The notes: a model not told the origin generated them from the letters alone. Positions 38,000-47,077 are shown, numbered from the stretch's first letter. The stretch: 64,000 nt of DNA from an uncultured Methanosarcinales archaeon (GCA_964510085.1 CAZEAB010000002.1:35567-99566), one strand, 5' to 3'. Made by a program: numbers and translations.

Positions 38000-38224
38000 A
38001 TGGAAGCATCACGTCCTTTAGACACATTAAATCAAGCACGAGGAAAGAAAGTCTTAGTAGACTTAAAAAACGGCCAACGATATGTTGGGATATTAAGAGC
38101 ATTTGATATTCATATAAACACAGTATTAGAAGAGTGTGAAGAACACAAGAATGGTGAAGTAGCTCGTAAGTTAGGCACTGTCTTTTTACGAGGAGATACA
38201 ATCATTCTTATAAACCCAAATTAA
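38000..38224 (+). CDS. Sm-like archaeal protein (SmAP/LSm)
   Basis: 74 aa with Sm1/Sm2 motifs (KVLVDLKNGQRYVGILRAFDIHINTVL…GDTIILI). Confidence 0.85.
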   Translation: MEASRPLDTLNQARGKKVLVDLKNGQRYVGILRAFDIHINTVLEECEEHKNGEVARKLGTVFLRGDTIILINPN

Positions 38225-38225
38225 A

Positions 38226-38387
38226 ATGAAAGGAACAGCAAGTATGGGCCGTAAGAGCGGTAAAACAAGCCACATTCAATGTAGAAGGTGCGGTGGCCAC
38301 TCATACCATATTCGTAAAAATCGATGTTCTTCATGCGGTTATGGCGCTACAGCACGAATGCGTTCTTATGCGTGGAATAAGAAATAG
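38226..38387 (+). CDS. rpl37e: 50S ribosomal protein eL37
   Basis: 53 aa (MKGTASMGRKSGKTSHIQCRRCGGHSYHIRKNRCSSCGY…), a C4 zinc-finger L37e. It is not in the ORF track and forms the conserved Sm–L37e gene pair. Confidence 0.8.
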   Translation: MKGTASMGRKSGKTSHIQCRRCGGHSYHIRKNRCSSCGYGATARMRSYAWNKK

Positions 38388-38438
38388 TAAGAATATACTA
38401 TTTATTATTTAAAATTCTTTATTAACTACTTTAAGGAA

Positions 38439-39275
38439 TTATAATATCAATTTAGCAACAGTTTTACGCCCATCTAATTCATATGCCATACCTAATTTTG
38501 AATCAGACATAAACCTAACCTTTTTCCCTGGATTCCATTCACTTTTAGAGGGGAAATATACTGATAATGAAGCAAGTTCCTGGTCATGTAAATAAGCTAA
38601 ATCCGAAGGCAATCTTCTTTGAACTATTTCTTCACCTAAGTTTAATACTGCATTTATGTTATCAAAATCTCCAGTAACTATTGCAACATTTGCAGTAGGA
38701 TCAAAACATTCCATCATTGCTGCTACAACTAGCTTTGCATCTTGACTTGAATAAGAAACTACTCTATTTTTTTGAAAAATATTTCTTCGAGGTTCATGGA
38801 GTCTTGCTTTACGCATGTATCTCTCTAATTCTGGCCACGAACACTCTTCTAAACGGGAGTCTAATAATCTATAAATCTCTTCATGTGCGTCAATTGATGA
38901 TTCTAAAGCTGTTTCTTTATGACCACTTTTAACACCTTTATGTGTTCTTACTACCTTTTGTAAATGGTTTATCATCACTTTATATTCTTGAAGTACTTCT
39001 TCTACCGTAACAATATTGGAATGATCTCTAATAATTGCTAATAAATCATCAACATGTTGTTTTTGTCTATTCAATAACCTTATTGACATTCCTTTAAATC
39101 CAAATGAATTACCACATCTTGGAACAACTCTTCCTTTTGCACCAATATAATCCGAAAAATTTGGAGCTCGTACTCTTATAGAACTAAGATTGTAATCCTT
39201 ACCCATAATAGAACCATCTAAAAAAACTTTTGTAGTACTTCTAGCTAACTCATCTAATGTAGTTGTGAGATCCAT
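38439..39275 (-). CDS. Hypothetical protein
   Basis: 278 aa ORF. No confident motif. Confidence 0.35.
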   Translation of the reverse strand: MDLTTTLDELARSTTKVFLDGSIMGKDYNLSSIRVRAPNFSDYIGAKGRVVPRCGNSFGFKGMSIRLLNRQKQHVDDLLAIIRDHSNIVTVEEVLQEYKVMINHLQKVVRTHKGVKSGHKETALESSIDAHEEIYRLLDSRLEECSWPELERYMRKARLHEPRRNIFQKNRVVSYSSQDAKLVVAAMMECFDPTANVAIVTGDFDNINAVLNLGEEIVQRRLPSDLAYLHDQELASLSVYFPSKSEWNPGKKVRFMSDSKLGMAYELDGRKTVAKLIL

Positions 39276-39376
39276 TTAACCCTCAAAATTACTATTCTTT
39301 ATAAGAGTTACTGAAATAACCACTCTACAGTAAATAAAACGCAAGGTTTATAAACCCCTCTTATTACCAGCTAGAT

Positions 39377-39940
39377 ATGATAGACTTCAATAAACTAGAA
39401 ACAAAATTCAAAGAATATGATTCATTGAGAGAACTGCTTATTAAGAAAAGTAGAGACGTTCTTAAACTAAGTAAACAACTCATTTATGCAGTACATAGAG
39501 ACGAATTAGACTCTGCTACTGAACTTTTACAAGAAATAGAAGAACAAAGAAAAGAACTAAATGTAATTGCCATTAAACAACCAAAACTGGTTTTTGAAGG
39601 AAGTTATAAAGTAGCAATACAAGAGTATGCTGAAGCAGTATTATACTACAATTTTGTTAAAACTGGAGAATTAGTAGCAATTGAAGGAATTTCTCACGAA
39701 CATTTCATTCTTGGTTTAGCAGATTTACCTGGAGAATTAGTCCGAAAAGCAGTATTTCTAGCAGGAAAAGGCGAAGTTGAAAAAGTAAGTAAGATCCGTG
39801 ATGCTGTTGACATGATTTATGGAAAATTATTAACATTTGACTTCCGTGATAATGAAATTAGACGTAAAGTAGATGCAGTAAAATACGACTTACGGAAGTT
39901 AGAAGATCTTGTTCTAGACTTGAAGTTAAAAGGACGTTAA
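39377..39940 (+). CDS. Alpha-helical hypothetical protein (possibly translin-like)
   Basis: 187 aa, all-helical composition. The assignment is tentative. Confidence 0.3.
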   Translation: MIDFNKLETKFKEYDSLRELLIKKSRDVLKLSKQLIYAVHRDELDSATELLQEIEEQRKELNVIAIKQPKLVFEGSYKVAIQEYAEAVLYYNFVKTGELVAIEGISHEHFILGLADLPGELVRKAVFLAGKGEVEKVSKIRDAVDMIYGKLLTFDFRDNEIRRKVDAVKYDLRKLEDLVLDLKLKGR

Positions 39941-40182
39941 AACCAGTTATCAGAAGTATCAAAATAAATTTTCTTACCGTCTTTTTCCAACATTAATAAG
40001 TTTTTATCATTAATTTTAGTAAAATATTCAATCTTACCTTTATACTCACAAGACATAAATTGAGGATGAGAGTCTACTGTATCACAAAATCTTGGTTTAT
40101 CGGAACAAGCGTAAAGTGAAGCAGCTAATCCAATTCCTACTCCTATTTTTACAAATTTATCAGCTAAACTATTTTTATTCAT
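39937..40182 (-). CDS. Small lipoprotein-like hypothetical protein
   Basis: 81 aa with a signal peptide and Cys (LAASLYACSD). It is 2 nt upstream of the M23 peptidase gene. Confidence 0.35.
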   Translation of the reverse strand: MNKNSLADKFVKIGVGIGLAASLYACSDKPRFCDTVDSHPQFMSCEYKGKIEYFTKINDKNLLMLEKDGKKIYFDTSDNWF

Positions 40183-40184
40183 TT

Positions 40185-40976
40185 TTACTTCTCTTTTGGC
40201 ATAATACCATAATCAATCACTTGACCTAAATCAAATAATTCCCAATTTCCATTTTGTTGAACATATCCAACCATGTGTAAATGTGAGTTTTTCACATTTT
40301 CGTTAGCTAAATTTCCAGTCATTCCAACTGTTCCAATTTGAGCTTCTTGTGAAACTTTAATGGGTACATTAACAGAATGAGGATTTTTATCATTCATCTT
40401 AGAACCAATCGATGCTTTTATCTTATCTGATAAATCTTCATCAAATGTTCCTAAGTGAGCATATTTTGTTCGAATTTTAGTGCCATTTACATCATGTTCT
40501 ATGACCACATAATTTCCATATTTCCCATTATCTGTATTTGAATATTCAAAAGTTCCGTCTTCATTTTTCTTGAAACCTCCTTGAACTTCTACCACAATTC
40601 CTTCTAATGGGTTATATACTTCTGTACCTGGTTTAACCATAAAATCAGTTCCATCATGTAATTTTGCTTGTACTTTTCCAAAAAGATGAGGTTTACCTGG
40701 TACATTGCACCCTCCTATAGTTTTAACTCTTCCATAACCAAAAGTTCCCGTTCGTTCAACTACATCTAATTCTCCTTTAAGTGGATTTGTTGCAGTTGAT
40801 TTATATTGTCTAATAACTTGCTCATCTAATGATGCATGTTGTTCTGGTTCTTTAACTTCAACACCTTGATTACAAATTTCGTCTCTAAATATATAACCAA
40901 TACCTAATGCAGCAGCTCCACCAACAGCTCCCATCTTAAACATACTCTTCAATAAATCTCGTCTTGTTTGTTCCAT
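40185..40976 (-). CDS. M23-family (LytM-like) zinc metallopeptidase with a twin-arginine signal
   Basis: It has a TAT motif (RRDLLKSMFKMGAVGGAAA) and the M23 zinc ligands HxxxD (IEHDVNG) and HLH (NSHLHMVGY). Confidence 0.75.
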   Translation of the reverse strand: MEQTRRDLLKSMFKMGAVGGAAALGIGYIFRDEICNQGVEVKEPEQHASLDEQVIRQYKSTATNPLKGELDVVERTGTFGYGRVKTIGGCNVPGKPHLFGKVQAKLHDGTDFMVKPGTEVYNPLEGIVVEVQGGFKKNEDGTFEYSNTDNGKYGNYVVIEHDVNGTKIRTKYAHLGTFDEDLSDKIKASIGSKMNDKNPHSVNVPIKVSQEAQIGTVGMTGNLANENVKNSHLHMVGYVQQNGNWELFDLGQVIDYGIMPKEK

Positions 40977-41086
40977 TTTAGATCTTATTTATTATAAGAA
41001 TAATATTGTATATAAACCTTTCGGTTTTTACTACTCTTCAGTCACAAACCAAAACATTTATATACTAGTAAATCCCCTAATATACT

Positions 41087-41686
41087 ATGAAAATTCTCGC
41101 ATTATCAGACGTACATTCAGACCGAACGTTCATCAAAAAAATGGCAGAAAGAGGAGCCAAAGAGAACGTAGATCTTGTTATTCTAGCAGGAGATATATTT
41201 GATTTTGATCAACCTGTAAAAGGAATGGTTCAACCATTTAAAGATGCAGGATTAGAAGTAGCTCTTATACCCGGAAATCATGAAGGATTAGCAGAAATTA
41301 ACGCTCTGGCAGAGAAATATCAGGCAAAGAATCTTCACGGATATGTTATTCAAAAAGGAGATGTAGGAATCTTCGGATGTGGTTATGCTGACGTAGGAAT
41401 GCATCAATTAACGGAAGAACAATTCTTTAACACATTAAAAACAGCACACGATTCTCTTAAAGATGTAAAGAAGAAAGTAATGGTAACACACATCCAACCA
41501 AATGACAGTATAATCGGATTAAAACACCCAGTGTGGGGATCTTCAGGAGTTCGTAAAGCAATTGAAGAATTCAAACCAGATATCCACATATGTGGCCATA
41601 TACACGAAACACATGGGATTGAAGAAATGATTGGTAATACTAAAGTTATTAACGTCGGTAAAACCGGTCGTATTATTGAATTGTAA
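41087..41686 (+). CDS. Calcineurin-like metallophosphoesterase
   Basis: The motifs D-x-H (LSDVHSD), GDxxD (AGDIFD), GNHE and a GH pair are present. Confidence 0.75.
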   Translation: MKILALSDVHSDRTFIKKMAERGAKENVDLVILAGDIFDFDQPVKGMVQPFKDAGLEVALIPGNHEGLAEINALAEKYQAKNLHGYVIQKGDVGIFGCGYADVGMHQLTEEQFFNTLKTAHDSLKDVKKKVMVTHIQPNDSIIGLKHPVWGSSGVRKAIEEFKPDIHICGHIHETHGIEEMIGNTKVINVGKTGRIIEL

Positions 41687-41718
41687 AGTTTATATACTAC
41701 TTCTCACTACAAACCCAC

Positions 41719-41841
41719 ATGCTAACACATTGCCCAGATTGCAAACAGAACTTACATGAAGGCCAACATAAATACCCAGATGGAATGTTCATGGTAAAAT
41801 ATTGTAAGAAATGTGGTTTTCGAACAGAAAGAGGAATATAG
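41719..41841 (+). CDS. Small zinc-ribbon protein (40 aa)
   Basis: MLTHCPDCKQNLHEGQHKYPDGMFMVKYCKKCGFRTERGI, with a CPxC…CxxC pattern. It is not in the ORF track and abuts the next ORF. Confidence 0.35.
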   Translation: MLTHCPDCKQNLHEGQHKYPDGMFMVKYCKKCGFRTERGI

Positions 41842-42117
41842 ATGGGAAATCCTTTCTTAATACAAGCTTGTTTACGAATACCTATTCCTACCTCTCTAAA
41901 CAAAGACACTATTTATAATTTTGAAAAAGAAGGTCATAGAATTTACCAAATAAATGTTCCAATGGACCTTAGAGCCGAGAATTGGGATTTCATTGCTAGA
42001 ATTGTAGTAACAGAATTTACTGTTGGCAATAATAAAACTACTGGTAAATTTAAAGTTGTAAAAGAATTTTCTGAAGAAGAAAGAAAAATTATTACAAAAA
42101 CATATGTCAAGTACTAA
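41842..42117 (+). CDS. Hypothetical protein
   Basis: 91 aa ORF immediately upstream of the fic gene region. Confidence 0.35.
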   Translation: MGNPFLIQACLRIPIPTSLNKDTIYNFEKEGHRIYQINVPMDLRAENWDFIARIVVTEFTVGNNKTTGKFKVVKEFSEEERKIITKTYVKY

Positions 42118-42195
42118 TGTAGTGGTTAACTCAAATTTTAAAATAATCAATCCTCATTTTAAAGACGAAACATTTAAATAAATGTAGTGGTTAAC
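42116..42195 (+). repeat. Two copies of a 15-bp direct repeat (aatgtagtggttaac) upstream of fic
   Basis: Copies lie at 42116..42130 and 42181..42195. Each contains the GTTAAC palindrome. The second copy ends 8 nt before the fic ATG. Confidence 0.6.
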
Positions 42196-42202
42196 ATAAT
42201 AA

Positions 42203-43123
42203 ATGGTTAGCATACTCACTAAAAAAATAAAGAATAATGACTATCTCTACTTAGTTACATCTATCCGGAAAGGAAAAAAAATACAACAAAAAACAATCAA
42301 ATATATTGGAAAAAAGAGACCCATACCCAAAGAAGAATTTACATGCATGGAACTTTCTTACGAAAACAAAGATTGGATTCTTAATGAGATGTGCGATAAA
42401 CTTTCTTATACAAAGCACGAAGATCTAAAAGTGGCATCTAACAACTATAAAAAATACTTTTTAACCTTATCAAAAACAGCAAAAGAAAAGGAAGAAGAGA
42501 AATTCCTTGGCAAATTTATTGCTAATAGTAATGCATTGGAAGGCTCTACATTAACTGCAAAAGAAACAACAGATTTTCTATTTAATGATATTGTTCCATT
42601 ACATCACTCTAAAAAAGAATTGTACATGGCTACTAATATGTTAGAAGCATGGAATTATATAAAATCTAACTACAAAAAATTTCCTACTCATAAAGACTTA
42701 AAAGAATTACATGAAAGGGTAAATCGAAACATTGAAACGGAAGATTCTCTTGGAAAATACAAAAAAGTACAGAATTATATTGGGGATATTCACACCACCT
42801 CTTTCTTATTTGTAGAAGAGAAAATGGAACAACTTTTACAATGGATAAAAGACGCTTTTCGAAAAATAAACGATTTTGAAGTTGCTTTTCAGTCTCATGC
42901 TCAGTTTGAGATAATTCATCCTTTCATTGATGGGAATGGACGAGTTGGCAGAATTTTAATAAACTGGATATTACTACATAAAAATCTTCAACCTCTAGCA
43001 ATCCCAATAAAAAAGAAAGCCGAATACATTATTGCTCTAGAAAATTCTCGTAGAGAAAAAGTTGAAGCTATTAGTGAATTTTGTTACAAAAGTTACCTTG
43101 AACAATATAGCTTTATGAACTAA
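42203..43123 (+). CDS. fic: Fic-family protein (class II, with an intramolecular inhibitory helix)
   Basis: It has the Fic motif HPFIDGNGRVGR and an N-terminal SxxxEG inhibitory motif (SNALEG). Confidence 0.85.
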   Translation: MVSILTKKIKNNDYLYLVTSIRKGKKIQQKTIKYIGKKRPIPKEEFTCMELSYENKDWILNEMCDKLSYTKHEDLKVASNNYKKYFLTLSKTAKEKEEEKFLGKFIANSNALEGSTLTAKETTDFLFNDIVPLHHSKKELYMATNMLEAWNYIKSNYKKFPTHKDLKELHERVNRNIETEDSLGKYKKVQNYIGDIHTTSFLFVEEKMEQLLQWIKDAFRKINDFEVAFQSHAQFEIIHPFIDGNGRVGRILINWILLHKNLQPLAIPIKKKAEYIIALENSRREKVEAISEFCYKSYLEQYSFMN

Positions 43124-43186
43124 ATTTAATCTCATCCGCTACATCACGGCCTTTTACAAAAGCTCGAACAAAAGAAATAAAATTAA

Positions 43187-44527
43187 TCACATGCCAGGAA
43201 TTCTTCCTTTCATCTTCTTCATCATTTTATTCATGTCCTTCTCGCCTTTAAACATTTTCATCATTTTCTTACTCTGACGATACTGCTTAAGCAACTCACG
43301 AATCTGACCAACACCTAATCCAGAACCAGACGCAATTCTATCAATTCTCTCAGCATTAATAACATCGGGCTCTTCCAATTCCTGTTGAGTCATACTATCC
43401 ATAGCAAATTTCCATTTTCCTAACTTCTCTTCCTGGACATTCAACATATCTTTTGGCATCTTTAATTGACCCATACCGGGAATCATTTCCATAATCTTAC
43501 CAAAAGAACCCATCTTCTTCATAGCACTCATCTGCTCATATAAATCAACTAAATTAAAATCACCCTTCAAAAATTTCTCCTGCATATCAGCAGCAGATTC
43601 CTCACTAATTACCTCTTTAGCCTTCTCAAGTAATGTCTCAATATCCCCCATACCTAACAATCTACCAACAAATCGTTCCGGATGGAAGACTTCTAAATCC
43701 TCAACCTTTTCACCAATTCCAATAAACGAAATTTTTGCGTCAGTAACAGCACATGCAGATAACGCACCACCACCTTTAGCCGTCCCCTCTAATTTTGTAA
43801 CAACAACACCAGTAACACCACACGTATCGTGAAATGCCTGTGCTTGCTTCTGAGCTGCCTGACCAATGTCGGCAGAAATAACTAACAACTTTTCATCAGC
43901 TTGTACAGCATTATGTATTTGTGTTAATTCATCAATTAACTCATCTGATAACGCATCTCTTCCAGCTGTATCTACAATAACTACATCATACCCTGGCAAT
44001 TTATCTTCAAAAGCTGCATAAATTGAAACAGGGTCTTTCTCTCCTTTAATACCCAAGAAATCAACACCAACGGACTCAGCCAACATCTTCAATTGGTCAT
44101 ATGCAGCAGGCCTCCATGTGTCAGTAGCCATTACCGCAACTTTAAATCCACGCTTTTTGTAATACTTTGCTAATTTCCCAGTAGTTGTTGTCTTACCACT
44201 TCCAAACAAACCAACCATCATAATCTTCGTCGGCTTCTTTTCAACCTTAATCTCATACGCTTCCTTCCCTAAGAAATTTGTCAATTCTTCATATACAATC
44301 TTAACCAAATATTCTCGTTGTGTAATCCCGGTAGGAGATTTTTCCTTAGCTCGTTCTTTTATCTTAGAAGTTAACTCAAACACCAGTTTAACATTCGTAT
44401 CTGACTGCAATAGTGCTCTTTGAATATCTTTAACAAGTTCATTAATCAGCTTTTCATCTACAAAAACCGACTTCGTAATCTTCTGTAACGTGTTCTTTAA
44501 CGAATCACCGAGCTTGTCAAGTACCAT
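43187..44527 (-). CDS. srp54: Signal recognition particle protein SRP54
   Basis: It has N, G (GLFGSGKTTT, DTAGR) and M domains, with a Met-rich C-terminus. Confidence 0.9.
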   Translation of the reverse strand: MVLDKLGDSLKNTLQKITKSVFVDEKLINELVKDIQRALLQSDTNVKLVFELTSKIKERAKEKSPTGITQREYLVKIVYEELTNFLGKEAYEIKVEKKPTKIMMVGLFGSGKTTTTGKLAKYYKKRGFKVAVMATDTWRPAAYDQLKMLAESVGVDFLGIKGEKDPVSIYAAFEDKLPGYDVVIVDTAGRDALSDELIDELTQIHNAVQADEKLLVISADIGQAAQKQAQAFHDTCGVTGVVVTKLEGTAKGGGALSACAVTDAKISFIGIGEKVEDLEVFHPERFVGRLLGMGDIETLLEKAKEVISEESAADMQEKFLKGDFNLVDLYEQMSAMKKMGSFGKIMEMIPGMGQLKMPKDMLNVQEEKLGKWKFAMDSMTQQELEEPDVINAERIDRIASGSGLGVGQIRELLKQYRQSKKMMKMFKGEKDMNKMMKKMKGRIPGM

Positions 44528-44564
44528 TGTTGTATAAGAATATAGACGCTATTTAAATGTTATC

Positions 44565-44590
44565 CTAAATAAAGAGAATACTTTATTTAG
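44565..44590. other. Perfect 10-bp inverted repeat (ctaaataaag-N6-ctttatttag)
   Basis: A hairpin lies in the intergenic region between the 223-aa gene stop and the srp54 start. It may be a terminator or operator. Confidence 0.3.
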
Positions 44591-44624
44591 ATCTTAAAAA
44601 AGCATTTTTTTATGATTTATTGAT

Positions 44625-45296
44625 TTATACCCTAAGCGCATGCGGAAATAATCTAATATATTCGGAACCAGAAAGTCCAGTAGCCCTCATAACATCTTCA
44701 ACAGGAATATTAATCTTTGGCAAACCTAAAACGCCAGCCAAATCTCGTTGTTTAATACTTCTTCGCAAGATTAATTCATCAACAGAAGCCCCATAATTTG
44801 CGGCTGTTTCCTGAATTCCATTATCAGCCATCTCATCAAGAATCACATCTCGTCTTGGTAGTCTATCTTCTAACGAAAAAGGTTCAGATGCTCCATTACC
44901 CTTCACACCATCTTGTTTCTTAGCAGATTTCTTTTTTCTTCTTCTAGATTTCTTTTTAGGTTTGTTCCCAGAAATTTCATACGTATCTCGTAGAAATCCT
45001 TCCGGAACATGATATTTTAAACAAACTTCTTGAATTCCTTCATTTTCAATCTCTGCCAAAATTCGTGGACCTTCTTCCTGAATTTGAGCATATGTCTTAA
45101 TACCTAATGTTCTCTTCATACCTCTTGGTGACATCTGATATTTGAATAAAGCGGTAGCAGCACAATACCTCTCCAATAATGCTTCAACATCTTCTTTAGG
45201 ATCTTCAGAAAATGTTGGAGGCCGTGAGTAGAAAGTGTTATGATACTCACTCATATCTAAACGAAAGCTCTGTACTTGTTCATCTCTTATTGCCAT
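44625..45296 (-). CDS. Hypothetical DNA-binding-like protein with a central basic linker and a C-terminal HTH-like segment
   Basis: 223 aa. It has a KKKSRRRKKKSAKK linker and a C-terminal …AANYGASVDELILRRSIKQRDLAGVLG… segment resembling a sigma-r4/terminase-like HTH. GC is higher than in neighbouring genes. Confidence 0.35.
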   Translation of the reverse strand: MAIRDEQVQSFRLDMSEYHNTFYSRPPTFSEDPKEDVEALLERYCAATALFKYQMSPRGMKRTLGIKTYAQIQEEGPRILAEIENEGIQEVCLKYHVPEGFLRDTYEISGNKPKKKSRRRKKKSAKKQDGVKGNGASEPFSLEDRLPRRDVILDEMADNGIQETAANYGASVDELILRRSIKQRDLAGVLGLPKINIPVEDVMRATGLSGSEYIRLFPHALRV

Positions 45297-45349
45297 AATA
45301 ACCTAAAAATAACCACCTTATAAAAAGATTATCACCAAAAAGTGAGGAA

Positions 45350-45730
45350 TTAAAAAAATATTAAAATAAACTGTACTATCACAACAATAAAACTACCTAT
45401 ATGAAGATTACTTGTTAATTTTTTGCCAATTGGAATACCCATGTACTGCAACTGTTCATGAATATACGCATGTCCAACATTCTTCTCATCATCTCGAGCA
45501 TATCCACGTAAATCCTGCATCCAAGTAGTTAACGGACAAATTGAAGCAACCTTCCCAAACACAACAATCCCCCACATAACTTGCGTTCCTACTAATAAAA
45601 CAGCCCACCAAAATTGAAACACCATTCTCTCCGGCCATACTGATGTAGGAATAAGAAACCATGCCCACCATATGAAAAAGAATGGAGAATGTACAAGGTG
45701 TAAGATATTTAGTTTAGTTATTTTCTTCAT
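45350..45730 (-). CDS. Small polytopic membrane protein, hypothetical
   Basis: 126 aa with Trp-rich TM helices. Confidence 0.4.
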   Translation of the reverse strand: MKKITKLNILHLVHSPFFFIWWAWFLIPTSVWPERMVFQFWWAVLLVGTQVMWGIVVFGKVASICPLTTWMQDLRGYARDDEKNVGHAYIHEQLQYMGIPIGKKLTSNLHIGSFIVVIVQFILIFF

Positions 45731-45809
45731 TTGAGTAAAATTAGCATGATTTATTATAAATATTCTTGAAGGAAATAATCACTTCAGAAAGAAATACTTT
45801 TGTATGTTA

Positions 45810-45867
45810 GGGGCCCTGTCGTAGACGAGCCAGGTACTTCAAGGAAGTACGATCCTGGCGTGCCCCA
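45810..45867 (+). other. tRNA-like GC-rich structured element (acceptor-like stem plus extended hairpin)
   Basis: GGGGCCC…GGGGCAC terminal pairing encloses CCAGG-[GTACTTC-AAG-GAAGTAC]-GAT-CCTGG. The 5' end resembles the adjacent tRNA 5' end (GGGCCTGT). It is too short to be a tRNA. Confidence 0.3.
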
Positions 45868-45908
45868 ATAATACAAAGTAATATGTTTCTGAAGAAAGTT
45901 AAAAAATG

Positions 45909-46048
45909 CGGGCCTGCAGGGACAGTCGTTCCCTAGGGAAATTCGAACCCCGATGAGCAGGTTTCATCTTGTATGAAAACCGAAGCCTACCATTTGATAT
46001 CCTTGCAGCATGTACTGACAGGGATGCTATCCATTACATCACAGGCCC
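45909..46048 (-). tRNA. Candidate tRNA-Arg (anticodon TCG, tentative) with three putative introns (~25/26, 37/38 and 59/60)
   Basis: Hand-folded. The acceptor stem is GGGCCTG/CAGGCCC. The D-arm is ATGT-AATGGATA-GCAT. The anticodon arm GTAGG-CTTCGG[17 nt]A-CCTGC and T-arm CGGGG-TTCGAA[19 nt]T-CCCTG form only after removing inserts of ~32, 17 and 19 nt. Confidence 0.4.
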
Positions 46049-46092
46049 ACAAACAACTAAGAACTTAATTGATTTAAAAAGCTTTCTTATAG

Positions 46093-47046
46093 TTACTCTA
46101 ATAAACGTCTCACAACCATCGTAGCATAACTTCCCTTTCCAAGAACAAAACGTAATTTCACAATATCATCACCCAACTTCTCAACAACTAAATCTTTAAC
46201 ATCAACAAACACATCTCTTAATTCTCCCTCCATACTTAATTCTGGGATTTGTTTAATTATAAAATCTCGATGTGTAATGTTCTCTTTTTTCATAATCTCT
46301 CTTATAATCTCTCTAACGTCTTCAAAAACTAAACTAGAATCAAATCCAACTAATGGAACTTTCTCCCCTACTTTCTCTTTTACAAAAACTAACTTCCCTA
46401 ACTTATACTCAACCTTTTTAACAACATCAAAAGAAGATAAATACCTACTAACACACTCATTCCACAAATAACTTTGATACGCATGCACATAAAACCTCAA
46501 CATTCGCAATGGAATCTTTCTCAAAGCACTAATATAATCATTTTTCACAACAGATAACTCTAACAACTCACACGCTCCCTTAAAATCTTTCTTCACAATC
46601 GCTTTCCCAATCTTCTCATTCTGACCACCAAATCTCTGCTCATCATAATAATTTACAACAAAATCCACTTCTTCAACTTCTCCAGAATAATCTCTCACAA
46701 CAATCTCAAACTTATTACCCTCAAGATCTCCCAACGAAATTGGAATATCTCCAAACCCTTTTAACTTTACAGAAACATTCTCAATATCCAACTTTTCAAT
46801 CTTATCTTTACCAACACTAAAAATGGACATCATCTGCTCTGTGACAGCATGTTTATCTTTTGTACCAGCAAACCCAATTTTCTTTTCGGGAACTCCTACC
46901 TGTCGAGAAATCTGCTTCACAACATCTAACGTATTTCTATTCTTTTTCCGTACAAGAACATATGCATACCTTCCAGACGTAGCAAACTTCACAGTACTAA
47001 TTTCTTTCACAATAAAATCTTCTGGTTTTTGCTTAAGCACATACAT
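46093..47046 (-). CDS. truD: tRNA pseudouridine synthase TruD/Pus7 family
   Basis: It has the N-terminal F-x-V-x-E-I block (EDFIVKEI) and the catalytic GTKDKHAVTEQ motif. The probable start is the Met at 47046 (MYVLKQ). The ORF track extends to 47106. Confidence 0.7.
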   Translation of the reverse strand: MYVLKQKPEDFIVKEISTVKFATSGRYAYVLVRKKNRNTLDVVKQISRQVGVPEKKIGFAGTKDKHAVTEQMMSIFSVGKDKIEKLDIENVSVKLKGFGDIPISLGDLEGNKFEIVVRDYSGEVEEVDFVVNYYDEQRFGGQNEKIGKAIVKKDFKGACELLELSVVKNDYISALRKIPLRMLRFYVHAYQSYLWNECVSRYLSSFDVVKKVEYKLGKLVFVKEKVGEKVPLVGFDSSLVFEDVREIIREIMKKENITHRDFIIKQIPELSMEGELRDVFVDVKDLVVEKLGDDIVKLRFVLGKGSYATMVVRRLLE

Positions 47047-47077
47047 ATTAATCAAAAAACATAGATACAATAAAAAA

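Noticed and set aside
42116-42195. CRISPR array
   Set aside because: There are only two copies of a 15-bp repeat. A spacer/repeat periodicity is not maintained beyond that. There are no cas genes nearby. It is interpreted as paired regulatory sites.
45810-45867. A seventh, complete tRNA gene on the plus strand
   Set aside because: The element has an acceptor-like terminal helix but is only ~58 nt. It lacks a credible anticodon arm and T-loop. It is reported instead as a tRNA-like structured element.
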